Below the pieces are notes generated by a model, which was not told the DNA's origin, searched no databases, and was given only the letters and a program-made list of their open reading frames with translations. The position numbers and the translations under genes are program-made. Shown here piece by piece: positions 1 through 8,900 of a DNA stretch of 64,000 nucleotides; position 1 is the first letter of the stretch; every line of letters begins with the position of its first letter. Source of the stretch: an uncultured Gammaproteobacteria bacterium (GTDB lineage Bacteria; Patescibacteriota; Microgenomatia; Levybacterales; GWA1-39-11); contig CAZYWG010000007.1 of NCBI GenBank assembly GCA_964651815.1, positions 5,129-69,128 of the forward strand, given 5' to 3'.

Positions 1-40
1 TTAGGAAAATTTTACCATAATTCCTACTTCATTATTCCGT

Positions 41-367
41 CTACGAGGCGAGAGCTGCATCTATATTATTTTTAAAATTCTCTTTTGGCTGGACACCTAT
101 CATTGTTGAATCCGGTTTTCCACCTTTAAACATCATAATTGTAGGGATTGACATAATACCAAACTGCCCGGGAATTTGCGTATTTGCATCAACATCCATT
201 TCTGCAACTTTGATTTTATCGCCATACTCTTCCGAAAGCTCATGCACTAAAGGCCGCACCATTTTGCAAGGCTGGCACCATTCTGCCCAAAAATCAACAA
301 GAACTGGAATGTTTGATTCTAAAACTTCTTTTTGAAATGTATCATCTGTGAGAGTTACAACTGACAT
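41..367 (-). CDS. trxA: thioredoxin
   Basis: 108 aa; FWAEWCQPCK, a CxxC active site in a thioredoxin-fold context. Confidence 0.9.
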   Translation of the reverse strand: MSVVTLTDDTFQKEVLESNIPVLVDFWAEWCQPCKMVRPLVHELSEEYGDKIKVAEMDVDANTQIPGQFGIMSIPTIMMFKGGKPDSTMIGVQPKENFKNNIDAALAS

Positions 368-419
368 AGGATAAACAGTATAGTACAGGGGTCTTTAAAC
401 TGTCAAGACAAAAAATCTA

Positions 420-1058
420 CTATTTATTAACGCTTTGATTTAAGATTCTGTTAACTTCCGCGTTCTCAACTTGGGGAAAGTTATTGTAGAATTGGCCGAC
501 ACTTTTAAAATTTGGTGGAATTTCAGCAGCTATAATTTTATCAAAATATTCTTTGAGTTCTACTTTTGTGGATCTTGAAATAACGCTAGTTGCCAGAATT
601 ATTTTTTTGGCACCTAATTTTTTAACAATCAGAGATGAGGCAATTGCAGTTGCCCCTGTTGCAACACCATCATCTACAACAATTGCGAATTTATTTTCAA
701 TGTTAGGCAAGGTTACCTTAAACTTTTTTTCTAACTCGGAAATTGTTTCAAAAGTTTTTTTGAGCAGCGTTTCTTTTTCTTTTTGTGAGATACCAAAATT
801 TTCAACAAGATTTTCATCCCAAAAAACTATTCCGCCCGCATTTTCCGAACCGGTTGCACCAATTGCAAGCTCAGGATTATTGGGTGCACCAATTTTTTTA
901 ACTATTAAAATTGTTAGGGGAATTTTTAGAACTTTGGCAATTACTTTTCCTACTATAACACCGCCGCGAGGAATACAAATAACAATTGCATCAGTGTAAT
1001 TCTCTTTTAAGAGGAGAGCAGAAAGTTTAAGACCTGCTTCTTCACGATTTTCAAACAT
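420..1058 (-). CDS. phosphoribosyltransferase family protein (type I PRTase fold)
   Basis: 212 aa; PRPP-binding-like motif VVDDGVATGAT; otherwise generic. Confidence 0.6.
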   Translation of the reverse strand: MFENREEAGLKLSALLLKENYTDAIVICIPRGGVIVGKVIAKVLKIPLTILIVKKIGAPNNPELAIGATGSENAGGIVFWDENLVENFGISQKEKETLLKKTFETISELEKKFKVTLPNIENKFAIVVDDGVATGATAIASSLIVKKLGAKKIILATSVISRSTKVELKEYFDKIIAAEIPPNFKSVGQFYNNFPQVENAEVNRILNQSVNK

Positions 1059-1167
1059 AAAAGTACTGTCAACGACACAGATATTTTACCACGAAAAAAT
1101 TCGCCAGCCTCGCCGAGTCTAGGCGGGCAGGCAAAAAAACCATGCGATTCAAATGTTACTTTAAAAC

Positions 1168-1608
1168 TTATTTATAGTAAGACTTAATTTGGAAAAGAAA
1201 ATAGAATCCAATAAGTCCCCAAAGTACTCCCCCCAGGTTAATCGCGACAACTGATGAAACAATGTTCACCACACCTGACCAGAAAAGAAGAGTCCATCCT
1301 GACAGTTTGTTTGCTTTAGTCCCAGGAAAAGCAGCTAAAAGTAAAGCGCTTGAAACAAGAGCTAAGATAACTCCTACTATTCCATTTGATGCTGCTCCTA
1401 TCCCAGCGCCCATTGCTATGAGTGGGGAAAGAACTGTAAGTATCCCAAGACCTGCAAGAGATATCAATACTCCTAACACACCAAAAACGAGTGCCACCCA
1501 TGGGGTAATTTTTACAATAACTTCACGCCAGTTTTTTGGAAGTGGGGGAAGCTTAGCATACCATTCTCCTACCATTCCTATTATTTGATTTGCGTCTGTT
1601 TTTGCCAT
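1168..1608 (-). CDS. hypothetical small membrane protein
   Basis: 146 aa, 3-4 hydrophobic helices, Gly/Ala-rich TM segments. Confidence 0.4.
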   Translation of the reverse strand: MAKTDANQIIGMVGEWYAKLPPLPKNWREVIVKITPWVALVFGVLGVLISLAGLGILTVLSPLIAMGAGIGAASNGIVGVILALVSSALLLAAFPGTKANKLSGWTLLFWSGVVNIVSSVVAINLGGVLWGLIGFYFLFQIKSYYK

Positions 1609-1688
1609 TAAATATCACCACCCTTCTTGCCCAAAACGAGCCATATTTCTAATATAACATATTTGATATCAAAGCATTAGTGATATAG

Positions 1689-3107
1689 TTAAAACTCGAG
1701 GCCGAGTTGGGATTTTTCTTTTTGTTTTTTCTTTTCAAGCTCCTCTTCTTCATTCCAAATGGCAACTTTTCCATATTCACCGTCATACCCTGGAATAATT
1801 TTAATATTTCGAGCGCGCACTTTTTCAATTCCAGTAGAAACGCGCTCTCCTGCCAAAGTTCTTATCTCGTCAAGCGCCACACGGAACAACACTTCATGTT
1901 CTGAACCAAAATGTTGAGTCAGCCTGTCAAAAACGGAAAGAACTGTTTGACTTGAAGTACCTGCGTGAAGCGACTCTGATAATATTTCAAGAAGCGGGAC
2001 AAGTGAAACATACGGTGGCCTAATATTTTTGGGATCCTCCATCCAAGTTACTCCAAATTTATCTTGACGCGGTTTAAAGTTGTTTTCCGGAGTATTCGCA
2101 AGTTCTTCTACTCTATGCATAACCCCAACTGTTAACGGCCTATGACAAACGGGACAAATTGTGCCTTTTGACCTATCCTCATCAGATGAATATGAAATAT
2201 TACAATTACGGTGCCCTGTATAATGATATTTACCTTCCTCTGGATAAAATTCTATTGTATAAGCAATTTCAAAAACACGTTCTTTCCCACGCACGAAAGA
2301 ATTTAAAATATTGTCATAAGTAATATCCTCAATTTTCACTTTTCCCTTTTCACCTTTCACTTTCAACACCGTTGCTTCCCTACCCATTTTTTCCATTGAG
2401 TGAGCGTCGGAAAATGAGACGATTGAACGCGAATCAAGCTCATTTATTCGCCAATTCATTGCAGGATCACTTGAAAGGCCTGTTTCGATTGCGAAAATAA
2501 ACTTTGTATATTCACCAAAACAATCCTGAATTCTATCGTACCCAGAACGCGAACCGTAAAGTGAAAACCACGGAGTCCAGATGTGGCATGGAATAATTGC
2601 AATTTTCCTATCAATGTTATAGACAATGTCGGCAAGCTCTCGGGAAGGAATACCAAGAATTGGTCGGCCGTCTGAGGACAAATTTATTCCGCGGCGTAGA
2701 AGCTCCGCGTTGATTTTTTCTGCGGTTTCAAAATTTGGTGAAAAAATTAAATTGTGGATTCGATGTGGGACACCATTTTCTGTATAAATTGCTGCAACTT
2801 CAGTAGAAAGCATAAAGTATGGACCGAGGAACTCTTTCTGGGAAAGTTCACCAAGCTCTTGCTCTGCCTGCCTTTTGTCTTTTAATTTATAAATTCCGGG
2901 ATTAATTTCTTGAAGCAACGATCTTGCCTCGCGAAACCAAACGGGATGCGTAAAGTCTGCGACAGACAAAATATTAATGCCTTTCTTTCTACCCCAAATG
3001 TACATGTTATTTAAATTCATACGTTGCGAGACGGCACGGGAAAATCTGGAGTGAATGTGAAGGTCAAGAACCAATTCCATTTGGGATTCATTAAACAAGA
3101 AATCCAA
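1689..3107 (-). CDS. endoQ: endonuclease Q-like (PHP domain plus C-terminal zinc finger)
   Basis: N-terminal LDLHIHSRFSRAVS...GINILSVADFTHPVWF matches the EndoQ PHP signature (DLHIHSxYSxAxS ... GTGDxxHPxW). Mid-protein IPCHIWTPWFSLY...SFSDAHS and C-terminal GKYHYTGHRNC...CPVCHRPL are EndoQ-like. The true start may be the internal Met at ~3080. Confidence 0.8.
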   Translation of the reverse strand: MDFLFNESQMELVLDLHIHSRFSRAVSQRMNLNNMYIWGRKKGINILSVADFTHPVWFREARSLLQEINPGIYKLKDKRQAEQELGELSQKEFLGPYFMLSTEVAAIYTENGVPHRIHNLIFSPNFETAEKINAELLRRGINLSSDGRPILGIPSRELADIVYNIDRKIAIIPCHIWTPWFSLYGSRSGYDRIQDCFGEYTKFIFAIETGLSSDPAMNWRINELDSRSIVSFSDAHSMEKMGREATVLKVKGEKGKVKIEDITYDNILNSFVRGKERVFEIAYTIEFYPEEGKYHYTGHRNCNISYSSDEDRSKGTICPVCHRPLTVGVMHRVEELANTPENNFKPRQDKFGVTWMEDPKNIRPPYVSLVPLLEILSESLHAGTSSQTVLSVFDRLTQHFGSEHEVLFRVALDEIRTLAGERVSTGIEKVRARNIKIIPGYDGEYGKVAIWNEEEELEKKKQKEKSQLGLEF

Positions 3108-3467
3108 TTAAGTTTCAACCGCCTGTTTAACAATAGATGTTATAATAACTTCGTGCAAACAGTTGGGGACGTATTGAAAAAATTTAATCCTACAACGGAT
3201 AAATATATCAGCCGTGAATTTCAATCTTACGGAATCTATTTGTCCGAAGAACTTCACGACCACAAACACAAATCTCTTTACATAAAGCTTGCAAAGACCG
3301 TTCACCGTTCTATACTTGATAAGGCTTTGTCATTTGTTAAAGACGCACGAACAGATACACCCAATAAAGGCGCGTTATTTATGTGGAAAATGAAACAATT
3401 AAAGGATAGCCACAAAGAAAATGAAGCTAAATTAATTGCGAAAAGAGCAAAAGCAGCGGATGAATAA
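3024..3467 (+). CDS. hypothetical protein (start uncertain)
   Basis: ORF frame from the six-frame track. Its first ~84 nt overlap endoQ on the opposite strand, so the real start is probably a downstream GTG/TTG near 3150. Basic, helical, coding-like composition; the 3' end overlaps the MGMT ORF in another frame. Confidence 0.3.
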   Translation: MRDGTGKSGVNVKVKNQFHLGFIKQEIQLSFNRLFNNRCYNNFVQTVGDVLKKFNPTTDKYISREFQSYGIYLSEELHDHKHKSLYIKLAKTVHRSILDKALSFVKDARTDTPNKGALFMWKMKQLKDSHKENEAKLIAKRAKAADE

Positions 3468-3762
3468 ACCGTTTGAAAAAGTTTATAAATTAATTCAAAA
3501 AATTCCGGCAGGCCGCGTCACAACTTATGGAGAAATTGGTAAGAAACTTGGAATGTCGCCTCGCGTAGTTGGGTTTGCACTACATTCGAACCCGGACGGA
3601 GAAAAAAATCCGTGTCACCGAGTTGTAAATATAGATGGCAGAATAGCTCCCGGTTTTGCTTTTGGTGGTCCCGGAATTCAGAGGAAGAAACTTGAACGAG
3701 AAGGTGTGAAATTTAAGGACGAACAACACGTAGACCTCAAAAAATATTTCTTTGGATTTTAA
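3460..3762 (+). CDS. ogt: MGMT-family protein (methylated-DNA-protein-cysteine methyltransferase C-terminal DNA-binding/active-site domain only)
   Basis: PCHRVV active-site motif with the acceptor Cys retained. The winged-helix region TYGEIGKKLG...RVVG is Ogt C-domain-like. Start taken at the internal ATG (MNKPFEKVYKLI). Confidence 0.75.
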   Translation: MNKPFEKVYKLIQKIPAGRVTTYGEIGKKLGMSPRVVGFALHSNPDGEKNPCHRVVNIDGRIAPGFAFGGPGIQRKKLEREGVKFKDEQHVDLKKYFFGF

Positions 3763-3786
3763 CTTAAAAAACCTCTGAAAGCTGAT

Positions 3787-3984
3787 TTACATTTGGGTTG
3801 GAGGAGTTGAATCACTTGCGGGAGGAGTAGGCTCTGATCCCGGCACTGGAGAAGGTCCTGGAGTTGGTTCTGGCATGGGAGGAGTAGGCGGCATTGGCGG
3901 CTCTGCAGGTGGCGGCGTAGGAGTTGGGTCAGTTGGCGGCATCATTGGATCTTGTACTGGTGTTGCCTGATTCGAATCATCCAT
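3787..3984 (-). CDS. Pro/Thr-rich low-complexity small ORF
   Basis: 65 aa, about 45% Pro (PTPPMPEPTPGPSPVPG). Locally elevated GC, no clear RBS. May be spurious. Confidence 0.25.
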   Translation of the reverse strand: MDDSNQATPVQDPMMPPTDPTPTPPPAEPPMPPTPPMPEPTPGPSPVPGSEPTPPASDSTPPTQM

Positions 3985-4097
3985 GGTATAAATTTATAAC
4001 ATTTAACAAAATATCTTGTCAAGACGCAACTTTTGTGTCACAAACCCTGACCGAATGCACCGTAGGGCATGAGTCGAATGGGTCAATATAGCAAAAA

Positions 4098-5882
4098 TTA
4101 TTCTCCGCTCTTTTTGTTCTTCTCATGATGTTGAGCGCTAAACATTTTTTCTATTTCGGAAAGAGAAGTAATATCTTCCGGTTTTTTATCATCACGGAAG
4201 CGTTCTAATCTTGGAAATCTTAAAGCATATCCTGCAACATCCACGTCAAAGGCCGAACCCGACTTTGATGCCTTCATCACCCTACCCGCTGTATGATTTG
4301 GAGAACGGGTAAGTTCATCTGCTTTTATCTCTACAACAACTTCTGGCTCCATCCATACGTCAGGTTCTAAATTTTTATCAACGTTATAAAGTGGGGGCTT
4401 CTGCTTTGCCGCAAGTTTTTTTCCTCGAATTGCAAGCGTTTTCCACTCTTCATCAGTAAGACCCGTTCCAACTTTTGAAACCGTTACAAATTGGTCATTT
4501 TTCTTGTCATATACTCCAATTAGAAAACCACCTATTCCAAATGCTGTCCGCTTGCCTCTTCCTAAATAATATCCCATAACAAGACAATCAACTGTATCAT
4601 CCAGCTTTGAGGAATAAGACCGTTTAAACTTTATCCAATTCCAGCCGCGGGCACCGGCCTGATAAGTACCATCAAGTTTTTTGGCTAGAATTCCTTCAAG
4701 ACCTCGTGAAACCGCATCGTCAAAGAAACTTTCAACCAGCTTCCCGTCAGAGAAAACTTGCTCGTCTGAAGGAATTATTACATCACCATCTTTTATAATT
4801 GAAAGTAAGGTCTTTCGCCTCTCAGCATATCCCTTGTTTATCATGTTATGACCTTCAACGAACAACACGTCGAACGCCATTAGTTTTAGAGGAATTTTTT
4901 CTACCATTTCTTCTATGTCATACTTTCGTCTACGTTGGGTAGTTATTTGAAAAGGCAAAAATTCGCCTGTTTCGCGAGTATAAGCAATAGCTTCTCCTTC
5001 CATTATTGTTTCTTTTGCCTTGATTTGCGTGCGGACACCTTCAACAACATCCGGATACATGAAGGTCACATCTTCAAGGTTTCTTGTGATAAGTTTTACA
5101 TCGTTACCTTTTTTATGAATTTGAAGTCTAAATCCATCAAACTTTGGCTCAACCGCGCACTCCCCAATTTTTTTAATGATTTCTTCACCGGATGAAAGTC
5201 GTTCTGCTCTTGCCATTAAAACCGGGGTAAACGGTACGGGAGTTGCTGCTGCAAGTCCCTTGATACCTTTTTCCTTAATAGTCTTTGCGATATATCCAAG
5301 GTCAGGACGAATGTTAAAGACTGGTTCGATCTGTTTTCGTAATACTTTAGTACCATCAATCATCCAGGCTAATGAATCAAGAACTGTCATATCGGAAAAT
5401 CCAAGACGCATCTTGCCAACCGGAATTCTTGTAACAAACCGAGCTGATAACGGATCGAGATTTTTCAAAAGATCCGATACTATAATCATTTTCTTTTCCA
5501 CAGAACCAGAGCCACCCGTCTCAGCCACTTTTTTTAATTCGTCAAATACTTCAGTGACAGTAATATTAGAACCCTTATGTTTTTCGCCTGCTAACTTTTC
5601 AGCAAGAACTCCAATATCTCCTATCTTTTTATATTCAGCATTGACCTCTTTATCAGAAACACCATATGCGTTCGCTACCGTTTTTAACATCTGCTTCTCT
5701 GCCATTCCAAATTCAATAGGCTCATAAAGTGGCCCTACTCTACCCTGCAGAAGGTATATCATTTTGTCTATCTCGGCGGCATCTGCCTCGCGGAATAACT
5801 CCGCAAGCAATTCAATCATCGTATTTCTCGACGCTGTATTTTCTAGTTTTTCTAAATGTCTTGCTAAATCTCTAAATTTCAT
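4098..5882 (-). CDS. lig: ATP-dependent DNA ligase (archaeal/eukaryotic-type: DNA-binding, adenylation and OB domains)
   Basis: 594 aa; adenylation motif I EPKFDGFRLQIH (KxDGxR); length fits a three-domain ligase. Confidence 0.9.
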   Translation of the reverse strand: MKFRDLARHLEKLENTASRNTMIELLAELFREADAAEIDKMIYLLQGRVGPLYEPIEFGMAEKQMLKTVANAYGVSDKEVNAEYKKIGDIGVLAEKLAGEKHKGSNITVTEVFDELKKVAETGGSGSVEKKMIIVSDLLKNLDPLSARFVTRIPVGKMRLGFSDMTVLDSLAWMIDGTKVLRKQIEPVFNIRPDLGYIAKTIKEKGIKGLAAATPVPFTPVLMARAERLSSGEEIIKKIGECAVEPKFDGFRLQIHKKGNDVKLITRNLEDVTFMYPDVVEGVRTQIKAKETIMEGEAIAYTRETGEFLPFQITTQRRRKYDIEEMVEKIPLKLMAFDVLFVEGHNMINKGYAERRKTLLSIIKDGDVIIPSDEQVFSDGKLVESFFDDAVSRGLEGILAKKLDGTYQAGARGWNWIKFKRSYSSKLDDTVDCLVMGYYLGRGKRTAFGIGGFLIGVYDKKNDQFVTVSKVGTGLTDEEWKTLAIRGKKLAAKQKPPLYNVDKNLEPDVWMEPEVVVEIKADELTRSPNHTAGRVMKASKSGSAFDVDVAGYALRFPRLERFRDDKKPEDITSLSEIEKMFSAQHHEKNKKSGE

Positions 5883-6583
5883 TTTTTTCTTTTTGAAAGG
5901 GCTTCAGTGACTTTTGCATCTACCTGATCATATATTCCTAGGTAAACATCATATGCTAGCTGTGCTCCGGCATCCTCAAATATTTTAACCCCTTCCGTAT
6001 CTTTTTGACGTTTTAATTGTACTAAACTATCAGCTAAAAGCGAAAATCCCCTAGGATCAATTGAAAATAATTGCCTCCATCTATTCCACTCTTCTGCCAT
6101 TTTTTGGACGACTAAATTCGCTTGAGCCAATTCCCTTCTGCCACCACCAGAGGATCTAACCAAATTTTCTGCTTCCCTTCTAACCTCATCTATATGGGCT
6201 GTAGCCTCAAATACACTATCATGCGTGGTCATTAATGGACTGATTTCGTTTGTAAAGCCTGTATTCATGTCTAAAGCGATCGCTCCTATTACTTTCATAT
6301 TTGGATTGTCAGAGCCTAAAGCAGATATTCCCTTTTCCTCCAAAAACATTCTCCTTGTCCGTTCAAGGTATTCAACTAAATAGTAAGAAGTAGGACGAAC
6401 AGTTGGAGTCCTATCTACAATCAGAGACAAGGCTGATCGTTCTTGTACCAAATCGTCTCGAACAATTCCTCTATAAGCCTGCGCGAATTTCTCGACATGC
6501 GGCATTAAACGCTGGAAGTCTTTCCTACTTCCATCCAATTGAATACTACCCCTAAGAGCCATTAAATCTATTTCCTGCCGCAT
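5879..6583 (-). CDS. hypothetical protein, stop/start (ATGA) coupled to the ligase
   Basis: 234 aa. Its TGA stop overlaps the ligase ATG at 5879-5882. Its RBS and ATG lie inside 37-bp repeat copy A. GC is higher than the window average. Confidence 0.5.
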   Translation of the reverse strand: MRQEIDLMALRGSIQLDGSRKDFQRLMPHVEKFAQAYRGIVRDDLVQERSALSLIVDRTPTVRPTSYYLVEYLERTRRMFLEEKGISALGSDNPNMKVIGAIALDMNTGFTNEISPLMTTHDSVFEATAHIDEVRREAENLVRSSGGGRRELAQANLVVQKMAEEWNRWRQLFSIDPRGFSLLADSLVQLKRQKDTEGVKIFEDAGAQLAYDVYLGIYDQVDAKVTEALSKRKK

Positions 6584-6617
6584 AAATTACTCCTTCGTCA
6601 TCACGTATTTTACACCC
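6581..6617. repeat. 37-bp perfect direct repeat, copy A (cataaattactccttcgtcatcacgtattttacaccc)
   Basis: Identical to 7791-7827. On the minus strand it reads GGGTGTAAAATACGTGATGACGAAGGAGTAATTTATG, i.e. Fic C-terminal codons, TAA, and AAGGAG-ATG. Confidence 0.9.
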
Positions 6618-6638
6618 ATTTAACTGAGTTTCAAATTT

Positions 6639-7676
6639 CTAAGCGACTTGCTTCGTCAGATCATCAACAATTTTGCCGAGTGTTGGAACGCTTATACTTT
6701 TAATTTCAATGTTCCTTTCACTGACCTCATATCTTCTTGGATAATTCTTAATCATATCGAGTGAATCAAGTACCTCCTCTCGAGGCGTACCTTCTTTTTT
6801 AAGCAAGTCTACCATCTGCTTCAACATTCCGCGTATCGCACTATGCCTTGCCTCCTTATCTTTCACGAGATATGAAATTCTAAACCTCTCAGGAACTACC
6901 AAATGGCTATACCCCATTACAACAGCCACATTAATCGGTTTGTGAGTTTCATAACCTACCAAATCTGATGTAGGTTGGGAAAGTACTTCCGCAATAAGCG
7001 CATTTCTTAAAACAAGCAGGTATTTAAAATACTCACTATCGTATTTTGCGCGTCGACTAAATTGCTCCGAATCTAAGGTATATTGAGGAATCGGCCCAAC
7101 CGAATTTACGTCACCCGTTACCATTTTAAAATCTTGTTCGGCTAGTTCGTGAATTTGTTCATCGGAAAGATTGCTCAAATTATTACTCTCTCCATTCTCC
7201 TTTCCTAAACCGTTTAAAAACACTGCGCCGGCTACTGCCCCTGCTCCCCCTGTCAAAAACCTTCTTCGAGTATGCGTATTTTTTAAAGCATAGAGTCCTC
7301 CACTTGCTGCAAAACCCAGTGCCGCGAGCTTTTGGACCCAAAAACTTTCATCAACATTCAACTGACCTTGATCTACGACGTTTCTATATCTTTCAGTGAA
7401 TAAATTTTGGTAGCCTTCTTCTTCTTTTTCTACAGAAGATAAAATGACTGGCACCAAGTTAACAGGGTCTGCGGCTATAAGAGGGATATTTCTATCTGAG
7501 GCAAAAAGCATTCCCCATGCAGGAAAAGCTGATTCTGACTCAAACCTTGAACGCGCCGAATAATCTTTCAATCCCTCAAGGCCAAATTGCGAATCCATTG
7601 CGAGAGCATTAATTCGTCCATACATCTTCTCGAATCTTGATATATCCTCTTCCGTCTGTGCTTTTCCAGGGAACAC
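6639..7676 (-). CDS. hypothetical protein with an internal twin-arginine-like motif
   Basis: 345 aa, GTG start. Preceded in frame by a TAG and a 38-codon ORF (7677-7793) that starts in repeat copy B. Internal RRRFLTGGAGAVAGAVFL resembles a Tat signal but lies ~135 residues in. Confidence 0.45.
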   Translation of the reverse strand: MFPGKAQTEEDISRFEKMYGRINALAMDSQFGLEGLKDYSARSRFESESAFPAWGMLFASDRNIPLIAADPVNLVPVILSSVEKEEEGYQNLFTERYRNVVDQGQLNVDESFWVQKLAALGFAASGGLYALKNTHTRRRFLTGGAGAVAGAVFLNGLGKENGESNNLSNLSDEQIHELAEQDFKMVTGDVNSVGPIPQYTLDSEQFSRRAKYDSEYFKYLLVLRNALIAEVLSQPTSDLVGYETHKPINVAVVMGYSHLVVPERFRISYLVKDKEARHSAIRGMLKQMVDLLKKEGTPREEVLDSLDMIKNYPRRYEVSERNIEIKSISVPTLGKIVDDLTKQVA

Positions 7677-7790
7677 CTAACCGCCGCCGTGATCTGTTCC
7701 AATGATTAAAACTTTTCTGTCTACCAATCCGGGTATAGGTTCCGTTGAGGGTAAGGGCAATCTTGAAAAAGCTTCCAAGCGAGCTCCTGA

Positions 7791-7827
7791 CATAAATTAC
7801 TCCTTCGTCATCACGTATTTTACACCC
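7791..7827. repeat. 37-bp perfect direct repeat, copy B
   Basis: Identical to 6581-6617. Overlaps the last 10 codons and stop of fic and provides the ATG of a 38-codon ORF. Confidence 0.9.
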
Positions 7828-8834
7828 TTTGTCACGCCTTGCTTTTTGAGTAAACCTTTTTTGACTAAATCCTGGACTTCACGCAAAACCGTGTCTTCTG
7901 AAACCATTGGAAAAAGAGAATTATAAGCCATATTTTCTATATATCCATTTGCTTGAATATATTCGATAATTTTAAGTTGCCGCTCGGACAACATGACTGG
8001 TCCCCCCAATTTTTTCTTAAGATTTGAATCAATTGAAATCTTTTCTATTCGGTCTTTTATCTTTGATAATTCGACTGCAAGACATTCAGTGAAATACGCA
8101 AGCCAGTCAGTTTGGTCACCATTTTTTCTTTCAACAGACTGCAACGCTTCGTAATATCTATCTGGATCTCGGTCAAAATGTTCTTCAATTGAAAAGAATT
8201 GACGAATATCATAACCAAGCTTGTATAAAACCAGCATTGAAAGAGCACGTCCTACGCGTCCGTTTCCATCAAGAAACGGGTGAATTCTTACAAATTCATA
8301 GTGGACTATTCCACTTTTCAAAACAGGATGAATTTCTGAGTTCTCCTGTATAAACAGTGTTAAATCTTTCATTTGCCAAGCAACTTCCACAGCCTTTGGC
8401 GGTTTGAAAGCAACGTCTCCTGTTATGGAATTGCGGATTACCACCTCTTTCTTGCGATAATTCCCGGCTTCTTCATCCGGCAAAACATTTTTTACAACAA
8501 TTTTGTGGAGATCAAGAATTGTCCCTTCGTCAATTTTTTCGTCAGTTCTTTTTTCTATATACTCGATAACTTTCCTGTAATTTATTACTTCCTGCACGTC
8601 CCTGTCCCGGGCAACAATTCGCTCTCCATCCAATACTTTCTGGACTTGGAGAAGTGACAATTCATTTCCCTCAATATGCGTTCCAAAGTGGGTTGTTCTG
8701 ACCAATGCCTCATCCTGAAATTTTTTCTCCCAATAAGGTAGGAGCGGTGCATTTTCTATGACTTCTTTGGCAGCTTCAATTGCACCGATGTTTTTTAAGA
8801 CTTTATTGTTAATGCTGAACAAGGGGTTATACAT
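7797..8834 (-). CDS. fic: Fic family protein (Fic/DOC AMPylase-like with C-terminal wHTH)
   Basis: 345 aa; canonical Fic motif HPFLDGNGRVGRAL (HPFx[DE]GNGR). Confidence 0.85.
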   Translation of the reverse strand: MYNPLFSINNKVLKNIGAIEAAKEVIENAPLLPYWEKKFQDEALVRTTHFGTHIEGNELSLLQVQKVLDGERIVARDRDVQEVINYRKVIEYIEKRTDEKIDEGTILDLHKIVVKNVLPDEEAGNYRKKEVVIRNSITGDVAFKPPKAVEVAWQMKDLTLFIQENSEIHPVLKSGIVHYEFVRIHPFLDGNGRVGRALSMLVLYKLGYDIRQFFSIEEHFDRDPDRYYEALQSVERKNGDQTDWLAYFTECLAVELSKIKDRIEKISIDSNLKKKLGGPVMLSERQLKIIEYIQANGYIENMAYNSLFPMVSEDTVLREVQDLVKKGLLKKQGVTKGVKYVMTKE

Positions 8835-8900
8835 AAGATTAATTCACAATTTTAAATTTAAAGTTTTAAATAAAAATTAGAAATTGAAAATTAAAAATTC

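Noticed and set aside
553-999. Numerous 60-180-aa six-frame ORFs antisense to or inside annotated genes (e.g. 553-999+, 1262-1588+, 5176-5727+, 21424-21915+, 45133-45576+, 47653-47943-)
   Set aside because: They are embedded opposite well-supported conserved genes, have low-complexity translations and no motifs. I treat them as shadow ORFs.
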